DNA of 64,000 nt from the human T2T-CHM13v2.0 reference genome, Homo sapiens: assembly GCF_009914755.1 (NCBI RefSeq), contig NC_060928.1. The stretch is one strand, 5' to 3'. The position numbers and the translations under genes are program-made. The number at the start of each line of letters is the position of its first letter. The first letter of the stretch is position 1. Of the stretch, positions 26,017-48,880 are shown piece by piece. The notes below the pieces were generated by a model that saw only the letters and a list, made by a program, of their open reading frames with translations, did no database searches and was not told the origin of the DNA.

Positions 26017-27350
26017 GCCAGGCACGGTGGCTCACAGCTGTAATCCCAGCAATCTGGATTGCTTTGAGCTCAGGAGACCAGCCTGGGCAACGTGGGGAAA
26101 TCCCATCTCTACAAACAATACAAAAATTAGCCATGCGTGGTGGTGTATGCCTGTGGTCCCAGCTATTTGGAAGGCTGAAGTGGGAGGATCACTTTAGACT
26201 GGGAGGCAGACGTTGCAGTGAGCTGAGATCGTACCACTGTACTCCAGCCTAGGCAACAGAGTGAGACCCTGTCTCAATCAATCAATCAATCAATAAAATA
26301 TAAAATAAAAAAATCATCTCTCTCTGATTGGAATAGATAGTTTGAGTATCTAGAAAAGGACTAATAATCCCCAACAGTTAGCATGGATTCACTGATAATT
26401 AGTCATGTTAAATGCCTATGTTTTCTTCTTAAAAATGAGATCAGATGAAGAGAGTAAAATATTTTTAAGGGACTGGACAATCTCCCATGATTCACTTAAC
26501 GAAATACAAAGCAGTGCCAGATAATATAATCAGATACATTTAAAAGTTAATGAACAGCCTCGTATGTCCATGCATGCATTCATTCAACTATTCAAACACT
26601 GAATATGCCAAATTCTGTGGTAAGCACTGATTTCAGAGAAAATATTTATCTATTTATAAACCAAGTGCCAGTGAACCACAAATAAAGAGCAATAGATATA
26701 GATGGGTGGAGAGAAGAAGGCTTTGGAATTCAAATTTCAACTAAGTAGGCACTGGACAAGGGCTGCTTCTAGAGGTAACATTAAGAAGGGAATTTGGTGC
26801 CAGATTTTGAATGACCTTAAAACAACGGGAAACCACTGAAGGTTTTTAACCATTGTGATGACAAGATCAGATCAGTGACTCAGAAAGACAATGGGAGGTA
26901 GGAATCTAGAAGACTAAAAGTAGTCCTGGGGAGCTAAAGGAAGTCAGTGGCAAGCACAATGAACCGAGAAAAAGGGAACTGACAGCCAACTCACACAGGA
27001 ATTGGTTGTAAATTACAGGTAGGAGAAAAGGGAGATGAGTACTTTCATGCTGAGCTATGTACTGGTCCCACATAGATGACAAAGCAGGTAAAGCAGATTA
27101 GCTAAGGAAGAGTTCAGTCTGTAAAATCGATGGTTTGAGAAGACAAACCCAAAGAATGAGAGATGGAATCAGTTTCATACAGAGCAGTGCTTCTCCCTAG
27201 GGCAAGTGGGAAGGTTTTTCACAGTAACACTTGTCTGGACCCCTCCACAGATCTGCTAAATCTGAATCCCTGAGATAAGCCTGTGCATGTGTGTACTGGG
27301 GAAAAATAAACCCTATGTAAGTCTGATTCAATACCTGGGTAAGGATCATG
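26017..27350. mobile_element. AluJ ~26017-26310(+); L2 fragments ~26570-27150; MER5-like ~27184-27350
   Basis: Alu consensus; L2-like cattcattcaac...gggaaaccactgaaggtttttaa; MER5-like ends. Confidence 0.6.
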
Positions 27351-28203
27351 GACATGGAGCAAGCTTCTAAAGCTTTTTCTTACCCTACACTTTTCTCTTG
27401 TCAGTGGACAAAGGATTTAGTGATTACAAAGAGCTGGCAAAGAACCAAGTACTAACCAAAGTAGTGCAATCACACATAATATCAGCAATCACAAAATACA
27501 GGTTCAAAAAAAGTATTTTTGTTAATATGAATGCAAGAGCAGTAATTCAAAACTAAATACAACTCAAGGCAACCTTGTATTCACTGATAACAGTGTCCTT
27601 AAATTTTGTAGAATGTCATGTATGTACAGTAGGAGCTTTGCAATGTTCCAAAGCAATGAGTTGCAGCCGTTTTAGCAGAATATGTAATTAGAACCCCACT
27701 CCTACCCCCACTCAAGAGCAAGTCTCTAGTACAGACTTACTGTGTTGAATGTACTAAGTGCCAAATTTTAGCAAGTTTTAATAAATCTCTTAGAGGTTTC
27801 TAGTAGGTAATACTTAATTGTTCAAACCAAAAGAGGGCTAATATTTTATTTTTCTTAAGTAGCTAGGTGGATTACCAGTGGACTGCAAATAAAATTTGAG
27901 AAATGGCTTAGAAAAGAAGGCCTAGAGAGAACATAATATGTACAAGTAGTATTAAGACAACCATGCAGAAATGGAAATAAAAGTCAGCTAGAGTCACAAT
28001 TAGGATGACAGGAGGACTGATGGAGGAACCTGTCTTTCAGGTCAATATGTAGAAGAACCTTTAATGAAAGGATAGAACTTTCAAGTCAGTATGTAGAAAT
28101 ACCTTCAATCAGCCACTCCATGTATAATGGACTGAAAGGGGCTTCCTGAGAAGTCCTGAGGTCTTGGATAACCAAGAGAAGAATAAGAAAATGATTTATT
28201 TAA

Positions 28204-35925
<7,722 letters not shown>

Positions 35926-36957
35926 GTTTCACTCCATTTTTACCTTTGGTAAAAACAAATTTGTGAATAAAAAGGCTTCCTCAGCTGAACAGCATTTAAT
36001 TCTTAAAATTCCTATACTATCTTATAGACTCTATAATACAGAATACAAAATGTTAAAACAAGTAAACCCTTTTACACCACCAAGGGAGTGAGTGGGGAGA
36101 AAAGTCAGAAAAATATATAAAGCTTTGAAAGGCTGGATGTGTGGAGAATGCCAGGAGAGGGGGAGGGTTTCATGAAGTTCTAGGCAAGCCCTTTGAAGAC
36201 GTCACCTCACATACATAATGTTACAGCAGTCAGCACAGGCCTCCTGCTTTCCTATTGGTGGGCACCGTGTCAGCCGACATCAGAAGATAATCATCATTGG
36301 CTAGACAATTACAACTGGAGCAACTAGCATCCACTGCTGTTAGCACAAACCTGGCAGGCTGCTGAAAGAGAAGGCAGAGAGAGCCCAGCTTCCCTTCTCA
36401 CTCAATGAATTATATGTCGCCTTAGCAATCACCAGGTGATTTTGCTCCCTGGCTAGCAGCACTTCCAACTTAAGTCAGCTCTTAGTGAGAAAAACAGGTA
36501 AAGGCCAGACATCTCATAAAAGAGCAAAATGTCTCTATTTTCAATGTTGTAAAATTGCAAGGACTTTTCAGTGAAAATTAGAATTCAAAACTCCTATTTG
36601 GACCTATGAGCAGACATTTTTCTCTACCTCATGTAATAAACTCTCATTGACCAGATAATATAACCAGACAGGATATTTTTCACTGGACATGTAGTTTCAA
36701 GATGAGGCCCAGGATGATTCTACAAGGGAATACACTTATTACTTTGCATTTCAATTGCTATTCTAACCTATTATATATGAAACTTTTTGCTAGCAAAGTA
36801 AAAAAAGTCTGCAGTATTTACTTTCATGGCTAGGCCAATGAGTATGAGGTTAATGATTCATTAAAGCAGCAATAAACTTGAAAACTAGCCTCAGTTGAAC
36901 CCTTTAGGGTTTATACAAATGCTACTCCAAAAGTCGGGCCCCATTCCATTAACACGT

Positions 36958-37040
36958 GCTATGGTTAGTAAGTATGGATTATAGGGTATGTTAACATTAA
37001 TTTGCGCTATGGTTAGTAAGTATGGATTATAGCGTATGTT
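36958..37040 (+). repeat. Two-copy tandem duplication, period 48 bp
   Basis: GCTATGGTTAGTAAGTATGGATTATAG(G/C)GTATGTT at 36958 and 37006. Confidence 0.9.
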
Positions 37041-37496
37041 TAATAAAGTATTCTTATTTTAGGTCCTCTTAAATGATGCTAGTTAGCAAAGGCAGCATAC
37101 TGGCAAAATACTACTCCTGGCCATTCTCACAGTTCTTCAAAAGCCAATGTAGTTCACTTTTGAGAGAGGATGTTTTAATTCTCTAAATTAACAAGTTTTG
37201 CCTGTTACTAAGAAGAGATTTATAAGGACAACCATAAATTCCCAAAAGACAGAGTAGAAGCTTCACTATATCATGTTTTTCCTCCAGAAGCTATTTCAAA
37301 CCATTTTAAGTTAATGAGTCTGAAAAAGGTAAGATTTTATGGTTTCCTCAAGTTCCTCTCTCCTCAAGAGGGTCTAAGCCTTGGTTATGGAGTTCCCTTC
37401 TCCTATTAAAAAGGGAGTGAAAAGAAAATCTGGTTCAAGACTTTTTGTCCTGCATTAGCTGGATTCTATTAAAAATAAAAACTAAAAGCTTTAATT

Positions 37497-37715
37497 TGAA
37501 CCTCCCGGGTTCAAGCAATTCTCCTGCCTCAACCTCCCGAGTAGCTGGGATTACAGGCACCCGCCACCACGCTCGGCTAATTTTTTTGTATTTTTAGTAG
37601 AGATGGGGTTTCACCATATTGGCCTGGCTGGTCTCGAACTCCTGTCGTCAGGTAATCCACCCACCTCAGCCTCCCAAAGTGCTGGGATTACAGGCAGGAG
37701 CCACCACACCCGGCT
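37497..37715 (-). mobile_element. Partial AluS
   Basis: Alu consensus lacking its 3' end. Confidence 0.85.
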
Positions 37716-38549
37716 AATAAAATTAAATTTTAAAAAGTGTTTAAAGTCTTTTTGGCTGTACAGTTTTTGGGGAGGGAGGAGAGATAAAATTGGGCACCCT
37801 GGGATATTGGGAGAAATGCACAAAATCTGGCATTTAAAAAAAAACATGAAAGTAAGACAATTAGGGTCAGGAAGAGTTGCAAGGGAGGGGTAACAGCCAG
37901 CAGGGTTCTTTGACTGCAATAAGCAATCTAAGAACATAACATCAACAGAGAGCAGAAGCCAGGAAGGGAAAAATCCCAAGATGTGACTCTGCCACGGTAT
38001 GCAAGTTCTAGCCTGTTAACCTTCGGGTATTAACGAGTAGTGCTGGCAATAAAATGGGCACCAATCACCATTTCAACTCACTGGACATTTTCTCAAGAAT
38101 GTGCCTTATGCAAAGCACTCTGCTAGGTGCTTTGCAGAATCAAGAGTGGGATGACAAGAACCGTAACCTGAAGAGCTGATGGTCTGTAAGTTAATAACCA
38201 TGTATATAACAGTAAAGGATATTGCCAGAAGAAAGGTACAGATAAAGAACTAGGAGGAAACAGTGGTCAGAACCTAACAGGAGTAGATACGTTGGCACAT
38301 TTTTGTCATTTTCAGTCCCACGAGGGCTGAGACCTGTCTGGCTCAGTACTGAGTGAATGGAGAGAAGAGGCGGGAAATGGTACCTGGAGCAGGCCTAGGA
38401 AGTGGCCTCAGAGAAAAAGCAACAAGTAAATAAGAGGCAGTATCGACTGCAGTGGGCTAGGAATGGCGGGCGTACAGTGAATGGGGTCAGCCAGCAAAGC
38501 GAGGGAAAGCGGACTCCGGAAGAGCAGGTTAAACCAGGACGCAGCAAGT

Positions 38550-39520
38550 CAGAGATTCGGCACAGAAGCAAATGCTGACCACACTGACCACACAGGCTAA
38601 TGCGGGAGGACTGTGGGCCCGAACAGGCCGGCTGGAGGATATGACAAACATGTGCGGAGAAGACCCGGGCCCGGGGCTAGCCAGCAGCGCGGTTCCGGCG
38701 CCCGCCGGCTCCGGCCACCGCCCCCTCCCCGCCTCCAGCACCACCCCCTAAGCGGGAGGAGGAAGTGCATCCAGAGAAGGACCCCGGGCGGTGGGGCTCG
38801 AGGGGCCTCGGCTGCCCCGAAACGCCGAGGTCTATCTGCGGTCTCGACCCTTAGTGTCCAACCTCCTTCCGGACCCACCCCTGCACCCCCTGGCCTCAGC
38901 GGCCCGGGAGGGCACCAGCCCTGTGCCTATGTGGCTGCTGCACTTCCAGTCCTTCCGAGCGGCCCGCGTCCCCGCCTCTTAGGCTCCGGCTCGGGCCAGA
39001 CGCGGCCCTTGGGCCCCTAGCCCACCGCCGCCACCAGCCACGCCGCAGCTCACCCCAAGCAGGCCTGCCCCGCCGGTGCGCGCGGCCCAGGAGGCGGGCT
39101 CCGCCCGGCAGCCGCCGCAAATGGCCATTGGGGCCCGGACCAGCCCGCGGGAAGCTGGGAGTGGGCGCGCTCCGGCCGGGCGGGAGGAGAAGGAAGCGGC
39201 GGCCGGGCCTCCCGACACTGGCCGGCGACTCCAGGGGGCTGGAGGACAGGAAGTTGAAACCCCCTTTTCGCAGCTGCGGCCCCGTGGCACCAGCTCCTAC
39301 TGCACCAACCCGCCCAGGCCACAGGCGCGCCGGCGTTTCTGGTTTCCAGTTGAAGAGGGCAGGCGGGAGGGCGCGGGGCACGCGCGCTCGCGCACGCGGC
39401 GGGCGGAATCCCCCGGCTCCCGGGAGACCCTGCGGCCCGACCCTCCCCGGTCAAGCCATCCCCCGGGCTGCCGGCCCCTTGCCTAGCTCCGGGGTGCGTT
39501 GGGCTTGAACTTTACAGATC
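38550..39520. promoter_or_regulatory. Strong intronic CpG island; candidate alternative promoter/first exon on minus strand (donor at 39053)
   Basis: Very high GC and CpG density. NRF1-like GCGCTCGCGC ~39384-39393, GC box GGGCGG 39401-39406, donor GGG|GTGAGC on minus strand (exon would end at 39054). Confidence 0.7.
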
Positions 39521-40539
39521 GCCAGACCCGAAGTTAAGGGGAGGAGAGGAATGCCTCTGCCACAACCCTGTCTACAAGAAGCGAGATGAGCACACCCTCC
39601 TCTGTTAAATATTGCAAGGTGACACTGGATCGCCTCCCACACAGGGATTTTCAAAAGGTCTGGCGGGGGGACTACAGTAAACAAGAAAGGTGTTTTCCCT
39701 GATTATTAGTTTCCTAGGGAAGAGCCCCTAAGGACTCTGCAGACGGAGGGGCTTTTAATCTGTGTGCCTGAACTCCAATCAGCAGCTACGCACAGAATTA
39801 GAAGTGTGTCCAAAAGGCGTTTCCGTAAAACAGAAACTTAATAATGGCGTGGCTCCACTCGCTCGGGTTCATTCATTTATTACTGTTTTCATTGTCCCCT
39901 CCTCCCTCCCACCCGGTCTCTCTATGAAACCGGAAAGGGAACCGCGTGGGGAAAGGGGTACTAAAAAGGGGGCATCCGCCTGAGGAGCGGCAGACAGAGG
40001 AGGACGGTGAAGTAGGAGCGCTGCAAGGAGAAAGGAAGGACACGAGGGATGGAGAGACAGCGAGGACCAGGGCCAAGGGCGGCGGGCGGGAGAGGGTTAA
40101 AGGCAACAGGAGACAAGGTCCTCCCTCCACTGCCTTTCACACTCCGGTTGCGGGAGAGGCCAAGCGAGAAAACCCAAATCTAGATGAAAACCGGGGGAGG
40201 GGAGGGGAGCACAGGTAGGCGATCTGGACTGTGGCATCTCTCCCGCCTTCCCTGTCGCGCAGACATCACCCTGTGCACACACATATGTTCTGTGTTATAT
40301 AATCTATATAAAAGATGCCTATGTAGCCGCGGTTCACACAGGGGCACCCACAGACCTCGCGCTTCATGTACCCCCCCCCCAGCGTCTCCTGCACCCGGGA
40401 GACCCGAGAACTCAGCGATCAGCTGGCTGCCCGCGATTCATCGCTCCATTCACGCCCAGGCAGGGAATACCGACATTAAGGCACTCCGGGAAGACGCGCA
40501 GGGCTCCCGGGAACAGTATCAGGCGAAAGCATCACGTAC

Positions 40540-40628
40540 CAGTTTTCCTGCATCCATTGGATGGCTTCATTCTCGTTGAACTGCTTTTCGAATTCATATT
40601 CTTGTAAAGTCAACACTGACATGTTCAT
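40540..40628 (-). CDS. ELOVL6: ELOVL6 first coding exon (89 nt; continues in exons beyond the left edge of the window)
   Basis: Minus strand reads CAGCCCCA-ATG AAC ATG TCA GTG TTG ACT TTA CAA GAA TAT GAA TTC..., i.e. [29 protein letters not shown](W), which I recognise as the ELOVL6 N-terminus. It ends TG|GTACGT (phase-2 GT donor at 40539-40538). Confidence 0.96.
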
Positions 40629-41100
40629 TGGGGCTGATCTTCGGAGTCGCTACGTGTTCTCTATACAAAATAAAATAATCTGTAAAGCGCTTGATTTCGA
40701 GTGTTCTCCTGTCTGCTTCCCCCACCCACCCCCCTAGGTCTTCCCCACGCCGCTCGGTCTCCAGCGGTCGTCTCTTCTCCCAGCCTCTCAGCTACATCCA
40801 GGGCTGAGCATTGCCTGCGCCTCCGCTCCCAGCTCCTCTCTCTGGGGCTCTCCTCCTCCCGGCGTCCGCATCCACCGTAGGAGGAAATGAATGCCTTGCG
40901 GTCTTAGTGCCCGCACGTTTGTCCATCACCCTTTTTACTCGTCTACAGGGAAATCTCCTCCCCCTCGTGCGATTTGAGAAATTAACCCTTGGCGAGGGAG
41001 TGTGCGAAAGAGCGCGACCTCTCTCCGCCCGGGGGGGACAGTTTTGTTTACAGCGAAGGTGGTTGGAAGAGTGGGGGAAGGGCGCAGAGAGAAAGGAAGT
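40629..41100 (-). other. ELOVL6: ELOVL6 5' UTR / transcription start region (TSS not precisely placeable); candidate 154-nt GC-AG leader intron 40661-40814
   Basis: GC-rich unique sequence immediately upstream of the ATG. Acceptor-like ATTATTTTATTTTGTATAG ends at 40661; donor-like GCGCAG|GCAATG at 40815/40814. Confidence 0.6.
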
Positions 41101-42019
41101 GGCCTGGAGGTCATCCAGATCCCCTAAGCCCAACCTCGTGGGCCGCCTTGCTTTGAATGAAGTTTCAGCTTGCAGGGCGCATCCCCGCGGCGCGTGGACC
41201 CGAGAGCTTGGCGAGTAAACGATTGGGAAATAGTAAAACCTGCCAGCTCTCTTGCAAGAGAACTCCGGGCAAATCTACGTTGAGATCACCAGTGAAGGGA
41301 ATACGCTTCCCACCTCCTCGCCCTACCTCTGGGACCACCCCCACCCCTACCCCCACCCCCACCCGGGAGCTCTGGCTTAGATTCACGCTAACCCAGGCCC
41401 TGCGGACGGCAGAGCTCCTTAATCTCGTACAGACAGGGGATGCTGAGTGTGAGGATAGTGGATAGGCGAGAGAGGCTAGTAGCCGGAAGTGGAAGAAAGG
41501 GCTGGGTTAGGTGGAGGGTTTAGGTACCGGGAAGGGGGGGATTAATGAACAGAGGCAGAGTGGGGAAGGAAGCTGACAGGAGAACTGGACCGACTGGCCA
41601 AATGCAAAAACTTTATTTGCATGCATGAGAAATTTGGCTTTACTTGCTGTACTTGTAGGTAGAACAGAATATGTGAGGAGAGGGCTGAATGTACTGTTGA
41701 CCCCTACTGGGCCCTCAGCCTCCAAGAGGAAAAACTATTTTCTATTCCATCCATCCCTCCACTCATTTCCCCCAAGAGTTTGGAAAAATGAAATATGAGA
41801 CATGGAAGTATCTAATGATGTAATTGTAAACTTTACAAAATAATAAGGAGCCCTGCTTTTAAAAATTAGGTGGATATTAGGACCAGAAAGAAAATTCCCC
41901 TTCTGAGAACATCCCCCCACCTCCCCAGTAGTCCAAAAAGGGTACTTTCATTCAATTTAGATGCCTCTAACCCACAAAAAGTGGGAACTGGGAGAAAAAT
42001 TTTTAAAGGAGGAAGGGAC

Positions 42020-44590
<2,571 letters not shown>

Positions 44591-44658
44591 AACACCAACA
44601 AAGAAAACCCCCACAAATATATTCAGCACTGTTTATAATAAAACACTGAAAATAATAG

Positions 44659-46106
44659 TTTAAGGGATAATTGGAAGGACAGCCAAGAAAGGAATGAGGT
44701 CAATAGACTCAAGTCAATGTGATTCATTGTCAGTCCTGGTGGGCTACCTCTTGACAAAAGCAGAGGAGGCAGCCCCGCTTACAGGCTATATAGCAAGGTT
44801 TTATAGGGCATATAACTGGGTCAGGGTGAAGGAAAAAGAAAAGGCCAGGGGGTAGGGGATCCTTTGTGCCAGGTGTCTGACCGCTTCCTGGAGTTGTTTT
44901 TCTTGCCAGTTCTGTTGTGTAAGGTAGACTTCTTGACCGCATCCTGGAACAGCTGGCCTCGGGTCCGACAGTTACAGGTGGGGCTTTGGGGCTTAGGTCT
45001 ATGGGAGCGGGAAACAGTCCAGTTGGGTGGACCCTAACATTCCAGCCTTTTAACAGATGATAGAGAAGGGGCATTGATTTCATCAGACTGCTTCAGGCTG
45101 AGAGTGGGCAGGGGCTAGGGGAAAGGCTGGAAAGTGGAGGTTGGCTTTGGTTTTGAAAGTGTTGATACTCCTGGAGTAACATCATGACCTGTATGGTTCC
45201 ATGGGCAAAGGCATGGATACGATTCTGCAAAAACTGGGTGAAGAGGAGTATTAGGCAAGGACCTAAGATTAGGAGGAGAAAAAGGATTACAGCAGGTCCA
45301 AGGAGAGAGGGTAGCCAGGCGGCCCAGGTGCTGAGAGATCAAGAGGGCCACGTAGAGGAGCTGCTTTCCCTGATCTTTTGGGCTCGATCTTTGAGATTTT
45401 GTTTGTTTGTTTGTTTGTTTTTTACTGCATCCTGAACTAAGCCTGACTGGTTAAAATAAAAGCAGCATTCTTCATCTAGGAAAATGCAGAATCCTCCTTT
45501 GTCGGTGGTAAGTAGGTTGAGACCTCTCTGATTTTGTAAGGCGACTGCCGCTAGGGAGTCCAGCTGAGCTTGTAAGGGGATATGGAAGTTGCAAGGTTGT
45601 CTATACCATCTGAAAGGTCTTTTGATAAGGTTTTATGGTAATAAGAGGAGGTTGCGATTCCTGCTACCCCTGTACCTGCGGCCACTGTGATGCCTAGGTC
45701 TACAAATAGTGGGATAAGTTGTATGGCCTGGCGCCTGCTGTGTGGGATTTGAGTATTTAGGGTTTGGAGGGGCAGGTTTTCTCCTGGAGCTATGTCTATT
45801 TTAGGGCTGAGGAAGACCAGTGTACAGGTGCCTGTACAGTTGGTGGGTAGACAGAAGCAGGTGGAGGTGCTGCATAGAAAGAATATACCTTGGCTAGGGA
45901 GGCAGAATTGGGACTGTATGGCAAAAAGGGGGTGTAAAACGTTCTCTGAGCACCAGGCGTGGAGGTAGATGTCTTGACTGCATCCTGGAACAGCTGGCCT
46001 CTGGTCAGACAGTTACAGGAAGGTTTAGGGTAGTGGGTTTTACTTTTGGCCTTTGAGGCTTAGGTCTAGGGGAGGGGGAAACAGTCCGGTTGGGTGGACC
46101 CTAACA
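44659..46106 (-). mobile_element. Internally deleted gamma-like ERV1 provirus (HERV-H/F clade): 5' LTR fragment ~45963-46106, env remnant, complete 3' LTR 44659-45039
   Basis: Both LTR starts read TGTTAGGGTCCACCCAAC on the minus strand. Polypurine-tract-like AAAAGGCTGGAA precedes the 3' LTR. 5-bp TSD AATAG at 44654-44658 and 46107-46111. Confidence 0.85.
45180..45960 (-). pseudogene. Retroviral env pseudogene (SU C-terminus + TM)
   Basis: Translates to GIFFLCSTSTCFCLPTNCTGTCTLVFLSP...AIQLIPLFVDLGITVAAGTGVAGI (fusion peptide). After a frameshift near 45577 it reads LQAQLDSLAAVALQNQRGLNLLTTDKGGFCIFLDEECCFYFNQSG (immunosuppressive domain + CX6CC), then a hydrophobic anchor LLGPAVILFLLLILGPC. 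Confidence 0.9.
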
Positions 46107-46329
46107 AATAGGAGGCTGATTAAATAAATGGTGACACACCCTTATAATTGAATAGTATAAAGTCTTTTAAAAAAGGCTCTGTAGGTTGCAACATCAAAAG
46201 AGATTTCTGATAAATGTTCAAGGAAAATGAAAAAGCAAGGCACAGGACATTGTGTATATAGTGTCGCATTAAGAAAAAAACATCTCTCGTTGTAGTGGTT
46301 GGGGAGGAAAAAAAGAGGAAAACATGTAA

Positions 46330-47852
<1,523 letters not shown>

Positions 47853-48359
47853 TAATTTTCTTTCTATACATAAAATAACCAGTACTATGCTGGAGGATCT
47901 TCATACCAGCCCCCAATTTTTGTGACATACAAATATGTTAAAATACACATACATTATTTTCGGAAACTTCTAACACTAATCTGCTTTTCCAGGCCTCTTT
48001 CCTTAGGCCGACTCCAACCAAGCTGAACCACTTGATGTCATCTGACCACCTCAAACTTTGCTATCTCTGCTGCATTTCTCCATCAGTTCCCTCTGTTTGG
48101 AATATCAATATCCTCCCCTCCTAACCCCACCTGTCCCATTCCTACCTGTCAAAATCAGTCCACTCTTTGGATACTTACGAACGACTTCCTACTTAAAGCC
48201 TTCCCTGTTCACAGAGATGATTTCTCTCTTTCTTGTCTCCTAACCTCTTGAAGTCCTTGTTATCAAAGCTTTTATAAACCTCAGGCCCTTAGCTCATCAT
48301 CCTCTCCCATGTAGGAAATTAAAAATCCCTTGATCGCAGGAACGATGACTTCCTGAAGC

Positions 48360-48880
48360 CAAAGTTTCTTAGGGTGCCATAACAATTACCACAAACTTGA
48401 TCAAACTTGATGGCTTAAAAATAACAAAAATGTATTCTCATGTCATTCTGGAGGTTAGAAGTCCAAAATCCAGGTGTCAGGAAAAAAATAATCAAAATAC
48501 TGCTGATCAGTTTAGGGAGAAAAAGAAATCAAGATGTCTGCAGAGTTGGCTTCTGGAGGCTCTGAGGAAGAAATTGTCCCATACCACTAGCTTCTGGTGG
48601 TTGCTGGCAAACTGTGGCATTCCTTGGCTTGTAGACACATTACTCCAATTTCTGCCTCCATCTTCACATCACCCTCTTCTCTCCGTCTTTCTGTCTTCTT
48701 TCTATTTCTTATAAACTCACTTTCATTGGATTTAGGATCCACCCTAATCTAGTATCATCTCATTTAGATCCTTATCTTTATTATGTCTGCAAAGACCCTT
48801 ATTCCAAATAAGGTCCCATTCTGATGTTCCAGGTGGACATGAATTTGGAGGAAGGGACACTATTCAATCTCCTGACCATG
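48360..48880 (-). mobile_element. MLT1 (MLT1B/C-like) MaLR LTR
   Basis: ccataacaattaccacaaact...ttctggaggttagaagtcc...tctgcaaagacccttattccaaataaggtc...gacactattcaa. Confidence 0.75.

Larger units (their letters stand above)
40100..41500 (-). promoter_or_regulatory. ELOVL6 main CpG-island promoter
   Basis: CpG-rich and repeat-free. GC box CTCCGCCC 41023-41030, forkhead TGTTTAC 41045-41051, CCAAT (minus) ~41222-41226, ETS CCGGAAGT 41483-41490, SRE-like ATCGCACGAG (minus, ~40964-40973). ELOVL6 is an established SREBP-1 target; the individual site assignments are inference. Confidence 0.75.

Noticed and set aside
38529-40579. Many overlapping 60-160 aa Pro/Gly/Arg/Ala-rich ORFs
   Set aside because: Expected from stop-codon depletion in a CpG island; they occur in all frames on both strands.
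45180-45960. Possible functional (syncytin/suppressyn-like) env gene
   Set aside because: No start or signal peptide (5' part deleted), frameshift near 45577, degenerate furin site, microsatellite disruption.
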